From the NCBI GenBank assembly GCA_965219455.1, contig OZ244744.1:1408001-1472000 (forward strand): DNA of 64,000 nt, in the 5' to 3' direction. Numbering within the stretch: position 1 is the first letter of the stretch; each line of letters starts with the position of its first letter. Source of the stretch: Candidatus Latescibacterota bacterium (GTDB lineage Bacteria > Latescibacterota > UBA2968 > GCA-2709665). Of the stretch, positions 19,801-31,826 are shown in pieces. The translations under genes were made by a program, and so were the position numbers. The notes under the pieces were generated by a model that made no database searches, was not told the DNA's origin, and worked only from the letters and a program-made list of their open reading frames with translations.

Positions 19801-22800
19801 GACCGACGGCGACTCGGAGGACGACGTCACCGGCTACGCGATCACCGGCGGGGCGGATGAGGCGCTGTTCGAGATCGGGATGACGGACGGCGCCCTGACG
19901 TTCAAGACGGCGCCGAACTTCGAGGACGCCAAAGACCAGGGCACGAACAACACCTACGTGGTCGAGGTTACGGCGACCAGCGGCATGGGCGAGCGGGAGA
20001 AGACGGCGATGCAGACGATCACGGTGACGGTCACGGACGTGAGCGGCGAGAAGCCGGCCGCGCCGGCCGCGCCAACGGTGGCGGCCGCGTCGGTGACGAG
20101 CCTGACGGTGACGTGGACGAAGCCGGCCAACGCCGGTCCGGCCATCACCGACTACGACGTGCAGTACCGGGAGGGCACGAGCGGCAGCTGGACGGACGGC
20201 AACCACACCGGCGCCGACCTCACGGCGACGCTGTCGGGCCTGTCGGAGAACACGTCCTACCAGGTACAGGTGCGGGCGACCAACGACGAGGGTACGGGCT
20301 TGTGGTCGGCCTCGGGCACCGGCGCGACGGACGCCAACGCGGCGCCGTCGTTCAGCTCTTCGGCGACGTTCGACGCGGCGGAGAACCAGACCTCGGCGGG
20401 CACGGTGCTGGCGACGGACGGCGATTCGGATGATGACATCACGGGCTACGCGATCACCGGCGGGGCGGATGAGGCGCTGTTCGAGATCGGGATGACGGAC
20501 GGTGCCCTGACGTTCAAGACGGCGCCGAACTTCGAGGACGCCGAGGACCAGGGGACCGACAACACCTACGTCGTGACGGTGCAGGCGACGAGCGGCACGG
20601 GTGAGCGGGTGAAGACCGCCACGCAGACGATCACGGTGACGGTGACGGACGTGACCACGGAGGCGCCGGGCAAGCCGGACGCGCCGACGGTGTCGGCCGC
20701 CTCGGTGACGAGCCTGACGGTGACGTGGACGGCACCGGCCAACGCCGGTCCGGCCATCACCGACTACGACGTGCAGTACCGGGAGGGCACCACCGGCAAC
20801 TGGACGGACGGCAACCACAACGGCACCGCCACCACGGCGACGCTTTCGAGTCTGTCGGAGGGCACGTCGTACCAGGTGCAGGTGCGGGCGACCAACGACG
20901 AGGGCACGGGCGACTGGTCGGACTCGGGCAGCGGCACGACGGACGCCAACGCGTCGCCGACGTTCAGCTCGTCGGCGACGTTCGACGCGGCGGAGAACCA
21001 GACGGCGGCCGGCACAGTGCTGGCGACCGACGGCGACACGGACGACGACATCACCGGCTACGCGATCACCGGCGGGGCGGACCAGGCGTTCTTCTCGATC
21101 GTGCCGGCGACGGGCGCGCTGACCTTCAAGACGGCGCCGAACTTCGAGGACGCCAAAGACCAGGGCACGAACAACACCTACGTGGTCGAGGTGACGGCGA
21201 CCAGCGGCATGGGCGAGCGGGAGAAGACGGCGACGCAGACGATCACGGTGACGGTGACGGACGTGGCCGGCGAAGCGCCGGGCAAGCCGAATGCACCGGA
21301 CGTGGAGGCCGCGTCGGTGACGAGCCTGACGGTGACGTGGTCGGCGCCGGCCAACGCCGGCCCGGCAATCACCGACTACGACTATCGCTACCGGACGACC
21401 TCGCCGCAGGGCACGTGGACGGAGGTGACCGGCACGGCGATCACGGGGCTGTCGGCGACGATCGGGAGCCTGTCGGAGAACACGTCCTACGACGTGCAGG
21501 TGCGGGCGACCAACGCCGAGGGCACCGGCGACTGGTCGGACTCGGGAACCGGCGCGACGGACGCCAACGCGGCACCGTCGTTCACCTCGAATGCGGCGTT
21601 CGACGCGGCGGAGAACCAGACGGCGGCCGGCACGGTGGTGGCGACGGACAGCGATTCGGATGATGACATCACGGGCTACGCGATCACCGGCGGGGCGGAC
21701 CAGGCGTTCTTCTCGATCGTGCCGGCGACGGGCGCGCTGACCTTCAAGACGGCGCCGAACTTCGAGGACGCCAAAGACCAGGGCACGAACAACACCTACG
21801 TGGTCGAGGTGACGGCGACCAGCGGCGCGGGGACACGGGAGAAGACGGCGACGCAGACGATCACGGTGACGGTGACGGACGTGAACACCGAGGCGCCGGG
21901 CAAGCCGGCAGCGCCGACGGTGTCGGCGGCGGCGGCGACGAGCCTGAGCGTGAACTGGGCGGCGCCCGACAACGCGGGTCCGGCGATCACGGACTACGAC
22001 GTGCAGTACCGGGCAGGCACCAGCGGGGGCTGGAGCGATGGCAACCACAACGGCACGGCCACCACGGCGACGATCGGGAGCCTGTCGGAGAACACCTCCT
22101 ACCAGGTGCAGGTGCGGGCCAAGAACGCCGAGGGTACCGGCGACTGGTCGGCCTCGGGCAGCGGCACGACCGACGCCAACGCGGCGCCGTCGTTCAGCTC
22201 GTCGGCGACGTTCAGCGCGGCGGAGAACCAGACCACGGCGGGCACGGTGCGGGCGACGGACTCCGATGCGGATGACAGCATCACCGGCTACGCGATCACC
22301 GGCGGGGCGGACCAGGGTCGCTTCTCCATCGGGGCAACGTCGGGGGCGCTGACGTTCAACGATGCGCCCAACTTCGAGGCACCTTCGGACGCCAACACCG
22401 ACAACGACTACGTGGTGACCGTGCAGGCGACGAGCGGCACGGGGACGCGGGTAAAGACGGCGACGCAGACGATCACGGTGACGGTGACGGACGTGAACAC
22501 CGAGGCGCCGGGCAAGCCGGCAGCGCCGACGGTGGCGCCGGCGTCGGTGACGAGCCTGAGCGTGAACTGGGTGGCGCCGTCCAACGCCGGCCCGGCCATC
22601 ACCGACTACGACGTGCAGTACCGGGCGGGTACCAGCGGGGACTGGAGCGACGCGGGCCACAACGGCACCGCGGTCACGGCGACGATCGGGGGCCTGTCGG
22701 AGAACACCTCCTACCAGGTGCAGGTGCGGGCCAAGAACGCCGAGGGCACCGGCGACTGGTCGGACGCGGGCACCGGCGCGACGGGGCTAGCGCCGACCAA

Positions 22801-23440
22801 CAACCAGCCCAGCGAGATCAAGGCCTACTGGACCGATTCCGACACTAAAGGCAGCAACGTTCAGGAGGAATGCGACGGCACCGAGCCTTTCCGCGCCTTC
22901 TGGAATCCGCCGAAAAGCAACGGCAGCTTCAAGGTAGCCGACGAGTGGGAGGCTGAGATTACGCCCAAGAGCGGCGCCAGCAACGTGAGCTTCACCATAC
23001 AGAACACCGGCGGCAACCGTAGGGAACCCGAGCTGACCGGGACCGTCGAGATCGACGGCTTCAGCACGTTGAGCATGCGGGTCCGCGGGCGTTTCGGCGA
23101 CGACGGATGGGGCGCGTGGTCGCCGATAACAGGGTTGTTTTGCAGGACCTCGGCGTCCAAGAAGCCGCCGGGGCTCGCGCCGAATGCGCCCAACCCTTTC
23201 AACCCCAGCACCGTCATCTCCTATCGCCTGGACGTGGAAGGGCCGGTGCGCCTGGAGATCTACAACCTCCTCGGGCAGCGCATACGCGCACTGGTGGACG
23301 AGGTGCAGGCAGCCGGCGCCTACCAGGTGCAATGGGACGCCCGCGACGCGGCGGCGCGGCGCGTGTCATCGGGGGTGTATTTCATCCGCCTGCGCTATCC
23401 GGGCGGGGTGCAGACCCGGCGCATGCTCTACCTCGAGTAG
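16831..23440 (+). pseudogene. Array gene B: FN3 + LRR + 7x(cadherin-like/FN3) + sorting domain; frameshift at ~17758 (real lesion or assembly error)
   Basis: ORFs 16831-18120 and 17780-23440 join: B reads CAC AAC AAC G GTA GAC CCG where paralog C reads CGC GAA AAC ACC GTA GAC CCG (2 nt missing). Alternative start ATG 16927. Confidence 0.8.
18493..22780 (+). repeat. Seven ~612-618-bp tandem cadherin-like + FN3 units
   Basis: NAAP.F.S.ATFDAAENQ recurs near 18493, 19111, 19723, 20335, 20947, 21565 and 22177. Confidence 0.9.
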
Positions 23441-23590
23441 ACCCGGCATGGAGAACGCCGCCGCCCGCATCCTCTCGGCCGGAATCGAGCCGGCGGGCGG
23501 TCCTCAACCGGCCTTCATGATAGTAATGGAGAAGTTGCCATGCATTTGAAATCGACCGACCACCGGCCGGAACGGGCAATCGCCCCGGCA
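23151..23590 (+). repeat. Junction repeat J2
   Basis: Same sorting-domain/intergenic/ATGCATTTGAAATCGACC block as J1. Confidence 0.9.
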
Positions 23591-24207
23591 CAAATGTTCA
23601 CCCCCCCCCCGGATTTTTTCGGGGCCGCGCCTGAGCGGCGGCCATGACTCGTGGCATCAGACCGGTCCGGCTGCCCCGGGTTTCTGCCCTCGTTGCGGTC
23701 GCCCGGGTGGTCGCCGCCGCGGTGCTGCTCGTGCTCTCCGCCGCCCTTCCCGCCACGGCGCTGCCCCCCAGGCCGACGGGTTTCGCCGTGTCGAACGGCA
23801 ACGGGCAGGTGACGCTCACCTGGGACGCGCCGGCGGAGGACGCGGATATCTGGCACCACGAGTACCGCTTCAAGACCACGGGCGACTACAACGACTGGAA
23901 GAAGATCGACGACAGCGAGGTGGGCAAGAGCCACGAGGACTGGGTCGTGGTGACGGGCCTGACCAACGACGTGGCCTACACGTTCCAGTTGCGCATAGTG
24001 AACAGAGACGGCAACGGCAACGAGGTGACGGCCAGTCAGGCGACGCCGACGGACGGCTTCTGCGGCCGCACCGAGCAGGTGCGGCTCGAGATCATGAGGC
24101 AGATCTCCGGCGTGTCGGACTGCGCCGTCGTCACGTCGGCGCAACTGGCCGGCGTGATGTCTCTGGATTTCGCCTCTGTTGTCATCAAGTCCCTGCAGCC
24201 GGGCGAC

Positions 24208-24972
24208 TTCTCGGGCCTGACCGCGCTGACGGATCTCACTCTGAGCGGCAACGAGCTCAGTTTGCTTCCCGCCGGCGCGTTCTCCGGCCTGACCGCGCTG
24301 ACGGATCTCACTCTGAGCGACAACGAGCTCAGTTCGCTTCCCGCCGGCGCGTTCTCGGGCCTGACCGCGCTGACGGATCTCACTCTGAGCGACAACGAGC
24401 TCAGTTCGCTTCCCGTCGGCGCGTTCTCCGGCCTGACCGCGCTGAAAACGCTCAATCTGGACCGCAACGAGCTCCGTTCGCTTCCCGCCGGCGTGTTCTC
24501 CGGCCTGACCGCGCTGACGAATCTCGCTCTGGTCAGCAACGAGCTCCGTTCGCTTCCCGCTGGCGTGTTCTCCGACCTGACCGCGCTGACGGATCTCTCT
24601 CTCTTCCGCAACGAGCTCACCTCGCTTCCCGCTGGCGTGTTTTCCGACCTGACCGCGCTGACGACTCTCCGTCTGGAATCCAACGAGCTCAGTTCGCTTC
24701 CCGCCGGCGTGTTCTCCGACCTGACCGCGCTGACGTCGCTCCGTCTGCGTTACAACAAGCTCAGTTCGCTTCCCGCCGGTGTGTTCTCCCGCCTGACCGC
24801 GCTGACGACTCTCCGTCTGGGTTACAACGAGTTCACCTCGCTTCCCGCCGGTGTGTTCTCCCGCCTGACCGCGCTGACGAATCTCTCTCTGTTCGGCAAC
24901 AAGCTCAGTTCGCTTCCCGCCGGCGTGTTCTCCGACCTGACCGCGCTGACGGATCTCTATCTGCGCGAAAAC
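24208..24972 (+). repeat. Eleven 72-bp LRR repeats (24-aa typical-type LRR)
   Basis: LTALTxLxLxxNELSSLPAGVFSx recurring every 72 nt. Confidence 0.9.
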
Positions 24973-27900
24973 ACCGTAGACCCGCTGCCGCTGACCGTGA
25001 CGCTGGAGAGGAACCCGGATGCCGTCGAGATCCGCGCGGTGGTGCTGACCGCGGCGCCGTTCGCGGTTCCGCTGGTCGTGAGCGTGGCGAACGGCAGCCT
25101 CGCGGGCGGGGCGGCCACGATCACGGTTCCGACCGGTGCGCGGGAGAGCGCGTGGGTCGGCGTGACCCGCACGGACGGCACGGCCGGGGCGGTGACCGCG
25201 GACATCGACCTGACCCCCCAGCCGATCCTGCCCGACAAACACGATGGCTATGAGTTCGTCAAGTCCGCGAGCGACCTGCCGCTGACGGTGCTGGACGTGC
25301 CGGGCGCGCCGGCTGCGCCGTCGGTGTCGGCCGCGTCGTCCTCCAGCCTGACGGTCATGTGGTCGGCGCCGGACGACGGGGGCTCGGCGATCACGGACTA
25401 CGACGTGCAATACCGGGCAGGCACCAGCGGCGACTGGACGGACGGGAACCACGCCGGCACGGCCACCACGGCGACGCTCACGGGCCTTTCGGCGAGCACG
25501 TCCTATCAGGTGCAGGTGCGGGCGACCAACGCCGACGGCGCCGGCTCGTGGTCGGACTCGGGCAGCGGCAGGACGGAGGACGCCAACGCGGCCCCGACGT
25601 TCAGCTCACCGGCGACGTTTGACGCGGCGGAGAACCAGACCTCGGCGGGCGAGGTGGTGGCGACCGACAGCGATGCGGACGACGACATCACGGGCTACGC
25701 GATCACCGGCGGCGCGGACCAGAGTTTCTTCTCGATCGGGGCGACGTCCGGGGATCTGACGTTCGACGCGGCACCGAACTACGAGGACGCGCAGGACCAG
25801 GGCACCAACAACACCTACGTGGTCGAGGTGCAGGCGACCAGCGGCGCGGGCGAGCGGGAGAAGACGGCGACGCAGACGATCACGGTGACGGTGACGGACG
25901 TGAACACGGAGGCGCCGGGCAAGCCGGGCGCGCCGACGGTGACGACCGCGTCGGTGTCGAGACTGAGGGTGAACTGGTCGGCGCCGGCCAACGCGGGCCC
26001 GGCGATCACCGACTACGACTACCGCTACCGGGCGGGCAACAGCGGGGGCTGGACGGACGGCGGCCACGCCGGCACGGCGGTCACGGCGACGCTGACGGGC
26101 CTTTCGGAGGACACGTCGTACCAGGTGCAGGTGCGGGCCACGAACGCCGAGGGCACCGGCGCCTGGTCGGCCTCGGGCAGCGGCAGGACGGACGCCAACG
26201 CGGCACCGGCGTTCACATCGGATGCAGAGTTCGACGCAGCGGAGAACCAGACCACGGCGGGCACGATGCGGGCGACCGACTCCGATGCGGATGACGACGT
26301 CACGGGCTACGCGATCACGGGCGGGGCGGACCAGGGGTTCTTCTCCATCGGGGCGACGTCCGGGGCACTTACGTTCAACGATGCGCCCAACTTCGAGGAC
26401 GCGCAGGACCAGGGCAGCAACAACACCTACGTGGTGGAGGTTACGGCGACCAGCGGCGAGGGCGAGCGGGAGAAGACGGCGACGCAGACGATCACGGTGA
26501 CGGTGACGGACGTGAGCGGCGAGGCGCCGGGCAAGCCGGGCGCGCCGATGGTGGCGCCGGCGTCGGTGTCGAGCCTTTCGGTGAACTGGTCGGCGCCGTC
26601 CAACGCGGGTCCGGCGATCACCGACTACGACGTGCAGTACCGGGCGGGCACCAGCGGGGGCTGGAGCGACGGCACCCACAGCGGCACCGCGGTCACGACG
26701 ACGCTGACGGGCCTTTCGGAGAACACCTCCTACCAGGTGCAGGTGCGGGCCACCAACGCCGAGGGCACCGGCGACTGGTCGGAGTCGGGCAGCGGCGTGA
26801 CGGACGCCAACGCGGCGCCGTCGTTCAGCTCACCGGCGACGTTCGACGCGGCGGAGAACCAGACGGCGGCGGGCACGGTAGAGGCGACGGACTCCGACGC
26901 GGGCGACGACGTCACGGGCTACGCGATCACCGGCGGGGCGGACCAGGCGTTCTTCTCCATCGGGACGATGACGGACGGCGCCCTGACGTTCAACGATGCG
27001 CCCAACTTCGAGGACGCGCAGGACCAGGGCAGCAACAACACCTACGTGGTGGAGGTTACGGCGACCAGCGGCATGGGCGAGCGGGAGAAGACGGCGACGC
27101 AGACGATCACGGTGACGGTGACGGACGTGAACACCGAGGCGCCGGGCAAGCCGAATGCGCCGACGGTGTCGCCGGCGTCGGTGTCGAGCCTTTCGGTGAA
27201 CTGGTCGGCGCCGTCCAACGCGGGTCCGGCCATCACCGACTACGACGTGCAGTACCGGGCAGGCACCAGCGGGGCCTGGAGCGACGGCACCCACAACGGC
27301 ACCGCCATCACGGCGACGCTGACGGGCCTGTCGGAGAACACCTCCTACCAGGTGCAGGTGCGGGCCACGAACGACGAGGGCACGGGCTCGTGGTCGGAGT
27401 CGGGCTCGGGCCGCACGGACGCCAACGCGGCGCCGTCGTTCAGCTCCGCGGCGACGTTTAGCGCGGCGGAGAACCAGACGGCGGCCGGCACGGTGCTGGC
27501 GACGGACAGCGATGGGGATGACGACGTCACGGGCTACGCGATCACCGGCGGCGCGGACCAGGCGTTCTTCTCCATCGTGCCGGCGTCCGGGGCGCTGACG
27601 TTCAAGACGGCGCCGAACTTCGAGGACGCCAAAGACCAGGGGACCAACAACACCTACGTGGTGACGGTTCAGGCGACGAGCGGCATGGGGGAGCGGGTCA
27701 AGACGGCGACGCAGACGATCACGGTGACGGTGACGGACGTGAACACCGAGGCGCCGGGCAAGCCGGGCGCGCCGATGGTGGCGCCGGCGTCGGTGTCGAG
27801 ACTGACGGTGAACTGGTCGGTGCCGGCCAACGCGGGTCCGGCCATCACCGACTACGACGTGCAGTACCGGGAGGGCACGGGCGGCAGCTGGACGGACGGC

Positions 27901-29939
27901 AACCACACCGGCGCCGCCACCACGGCGACGATCGGGAGCCTGTCGGAGAACACGTCCTACGACGTGCAGGTGCGGGCGACCAACGCCGAGGGCACCGGCG
28001 CGTGGTCGGACGCGGGCACCGGCGCGACGGACGCCAACGCGGCCCCGTCGTTCAGCTCCGCGGCGACGTTCAGCGCGGCGGAGAACCAGACCACGGTGGG
28101 CACGGTGGTGGCGGCGGACTCCGATGCGGATGACAGCATCACCGGCTACGCGCTCAGTGGCGGGGCGGACCGGGATTTCTTCTCGATCGTGGCGGCGTCG
28201 GGGGCACTTACGTTCCAGTCGGCGCCGAACTTCGAGGACGCCAAGGACCTTGTGAGTGTCGATCCGGCCAATGCCGCCGGCAACAACCAGTACGTGGTGG
28301 AGGTTACGGCAACCAGCGGCATGGGGGAGCGGGAGAAGACGGCGACGCAGACGATCATGGTGAGAGTGACCGACTTGGACACCGAGGCCCCGGGCAAGCC
28401 GGGCGCGCCGACGGTGTCGGCGGCGTCGGTGTCGAGCCTGACGGTGACGTGGACGGCGCCGTCCAACGCGGGTCCGGCGATCACCGACTACGACTACCGC
28501 CACCGGACGACCTCGCCGGAGGGCACCTGGACGGAGGTGACCGGCACGACGATTACGGGGCTGTCGGCGACGATCGGGAGCCTGGAAGAGAACACGTCCT
28601 ACGACGTGCAGGTGCGGGCCAAGAACGACGAGGGCGCCGGCGACTGGTCGGACGCGGGCACCGGCGCGACGGACGCCAACGCGGCGCCGATGTTCAGCTC
28701 GGATGCGACGTTCATCGCGGCGGAGAACCAGACCACGGCGGGCACGGTGCTGGCGACCGACTCCGATGCGGATGACGACGTCACGGGCTACGCGATCACG
28801 GGCGGGGCGGACCAGGGGTTCTTCTCCATCGGGGCGACGTCCGGGGCGCTGACGTTCAACGATGCGCCCAACTTCGAGGACGCCAAGGACCAGGGCACCA
28901 ACAACACCTACGTGGTGGAGGTTACGGCGACCAGCGGCATGGGCGAGCGGGAGAAGACGGCGACGCAGACGATCACGGTGACGGTGACGGACGTGAGCGG
29001 CGAGGCGCCGGGCAAGCCGGGCGCGCCGATGGTGGCGCCGGCGTCGGTGTCGAGACTGACGGTGAACTGGTCGGTGCCGGCCAACGCGGGTCCGGCGATC
29101 ACCGACTACGACGTGCAGTACCGGGCGGGCACCAGCGGGGCCTGGAGCGACGGCACCCACAACGGCACCGCGGTCACGACGACGCTGACGGGCCTTTCGG
29201 AGAACACCTCCTACCAGGTGCAGGTGCGGGCCACCAACGCCGAGGGCACCGGCGACTGGTCGGAGTCGGGCAGCGGCGTGACGGACGCCAACGCGGCGCC
29301 GTCGTTCAGCTCACCGGCGACGTTCGACGCGGCGGAGAACCAGACGGCGGCCGGCACGGTGCTGGCGACGGACAGCGATGGGGATGACGACGTCACGGGC
29401 TACGCGATCACCGGCGGCGCGGACCAGGCGTTCTTCTCCATCGTGCCGGCGTCCGGGGCGCTGACGTTCAAGACGGCGCCGAACTTCGAGGACGCCAAAG
29501 ACCAGGGGACCAACAACACCTACGTGGTGACGGTTCAGGCGACGAGCGGCATGGGGGAGCGGGTCAAGACGGCGACGCAGACGATCACGGTGACGGTGAC
29601 GGACGTGAACACCGAGGCGCCGGGCAAGCCGGCAGCGCCGACGGTGTCGCCGGCGTCGGTGACGAGCCTGACGGTGACGTGGACGGCGCCGTCCAACGCG
29701 GGTCCGGCCATCACCGACTACGACGTGCAGTACCGGGCAGGCACCAGCGGGGCCTGGAGCGACGGCACCCACAACGGCACCGCCATCACGGCGACGCTGA
29801 CGGGCCTGTCGGAGAACACCTCCTACCAGGTGCAGGTGCGGGCCACGAACGACGAGGGCACGGGCTCGTGGTCGGAGTCGGGCTCGGGCCGCACGGACGC
29901 CAACGCGGCGCCGTCGTTCAGCTCCGCGGCGACGTTTAG

Positions 29940-31826
29940 CCTCTAATTAAGCGGGTTTTTTGAGATTTTTATGTACAAAAGTACCGGAAAGACTTATCTT
30001 AGTTGGAGTTAGAAGTATCAGACAGTCTGTTGATACACCAACGAAGGGGGTCTTTCCGGTGAAGAGAATATCGGTAAAAGAAAGCCGCAGGAACAGTGTT
30101 AATTGTGGGCGCAAGGTACGTACTCGGCAAAAGCTTGGCGGTCGTTTTTGTGCACAAGGCAAGCCGATGTTTGGCAGCACCTATGTGCATTACGAGGTCA
30201 GCGCGCAAGCAGCAGCGATGAGCTGCGGTGGCATTGCGGCCGTGCATCGTCTGGTGACCAAATTGGGATTGGTCGAAGAGATAGACGAGAAGTTGAAGTT
30301 GTTGAAGGTTCATCTGCCGTATCATGAGTCGGATCACGTGTTGAACCTTGCCTACAACGTGATGTGCGGTGGCACGCGTCTGGAAGACATCGAGCGTTTG
30401 CGGCACGACGAGGCCTACATGAATGCGTTGAACGCGAAGCTGATCCCGGACCCGACGACTGCGGGCGACTTTACGCGTCGCTTCACGGAAGCTGACGTGA
30501 TCGGGCTGATGGACTGCATTAACGCGGTACGGTCTAAGTTGTGGCGCACGCGGGCCGCCAGTTTGCTTTCTTCGGTAGCGTACATCGACGTGGATGGCAC
30601 AAGCGCCCCAACGTATGGGGAGAAGAAGGGCGGCATGGACATCTCCTACAAGGGCGTGTGGGGGTATGCGCCCCTGATCGTATCGTTGGCCAATACCAAA
30701 GAGGTGCTGTATATCGTCAACCGTCCGGGCAACGCGTCTTCTCACCAGGGGGCCGCCCCCTGGATCGATGCGTCCATCCGGGTGGTGAAGCCCCACGCCA
30801 AGCGCGTGTGCCTACGCGGCGACACGGACTTTTCGCTTACGGCTCACCTCGATCGCTGGGCAAAGGACGTCGATTTCATCTTCGGGATGGACTGCAATGA
30901 CGCCTTACGAACACGGGCCAAGGCCCTTGACGAAGCCAACTGGCAGCGCCTGCACCGACCTCACGCGCCCCAGAAAAGGCAGCGGCGCGACAATGAGAAG
31001 CAGCGTATCGTCAAGGCGCGGGGCTACCTCAAGCTGGCGCTGAACTTCGAAGACGTGGCCGAGTTTGACTACCAGCCCGGCAAGTGCAAACGCCCCTACC
31101 GCGTTGTGGCGCTGCGAAAAAACATCAGTAAGGCCAAAGGTGAGCAGACCCTCTTCGACGAAATCCGCTATTTCTTCTACATCACCACGCGCGACGACCT
31201 GACGCCCGCCGAGGTCGTCTTTGCTGCCAACAAACGATGCGACCAGGAAAACGTCATCGAACAGCTCAAGAACGGCGTCAATGCCCTGCGCGTGCCCTTG
31301 TATGACTTGATCAGCAACTGGGCCTACATGGTCATCGCCGCGCTGGCCTGGAACATCAAGGCGTGGTTTGCCTTGATGATGCATCGAAAAAAACACCGCC
31401 GACACTATATCCGTATGGACTTCCGGACCTTCCTCTCACACATCATCCTTTTTCCCTGTCGTGTCGTGCGACACGCCCGAAGCACCACCGTGCGCATCAT
31501 CGGCTATCAGCCGTCACTGAATAGACTCTTGAGCGCCTGGGCTACCATCGAACGCACCGGCTTCACATGACACCCGCACGAACCGTCATCACATACCACG
31601 GGATCCACGACGCCCACGGCGACGTAACGGACAAATACGCCTACACCACAACCAGACACCAACAACACACCCCTAACGCTGCGCTTTACCACACCAACTT
31701 ACACTCCACAAACCTCAAAACGACCTCCCGCGCACCTCAATAGACAACACACATACGTCATTCAACCACAACGTCGCACAAATCTGCAATTCTGTTCACC
31801 AAACACCAATACTCGCTTATTTTAGG
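29940..31826 (+). mobile_element. IS1380-family insertion sequence, 1887 bp, 5-bp TSD TTTAG
   Basis: TTTAG at 29935-29939 and 31827-31831; imperfect TIRs CCTCTAATTAAGCGGGT / ACTCGCTTATTTTAGG; lower GC than the host gene. Confidence 0.93.
29960..31570 (+). CDS. IS1380-family DDE transposase (start codon uncertain)
   Basis: YHESDHVLNLAYN, PDPTTAGDFTRRF, IDVDGT, YKGVWGYAPL, RPGN, LRGDTDF and RCDQENVIEQLKNG motifs typical of IS1380 transposases. Confidence 0.92.
   Translation: MRFLCTKVPERLILVGVRSIRQSVDTPTKGVFPVKRISVKESRRNSVNCGRKVRTRQKLGGRFCAQGKPMFGSTYVHYEVSAQAAAMSCGGIAAVHRLVTKLGLVEEIDEKLKLLKVHLPYHESDHVLNLAYNVMCGGTRLEDIERLRHDEAYMNALNAKLIPDPTTAGDFTRRFTEADVIGLMDCINAVRSKLWRTRAASLLSSVAYIDVDGTSAPTYGEKKGGMDISYKGVWGYAPLIVSLANTKEVLYIVNRPGNASSHQGAAPWIDASIRVVKPHAKRVCLRGDTDFSLTAHLDRWAKDVDFIFGMDCNDALRTRAKALDEANWQRLHRPHAPQKRQRRDNEKQRIVKARGYLKLALNFEDVAEFDYQPGKCKRPYRVVALRKNISKAKGEQTLFDEIRYFFYITTRDDLTPAEVVFAANKRCDQENVIEQLKNGVNALRVPLYDLISNWAYMVIAALAWNIKAWFALMMHRKKHRRHYIRMDFRTFLSHIILFPCRVVRHARSTTVRIIGYQPSLNRLLSAWATIERTGFT

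Noticed and set aside
31571-31810. AC-rich low-complexity tract as a separate element or ncRNA
   Set aside because: Lies inside the IS boundaries defined by the TIR and TSD; no structure evident.
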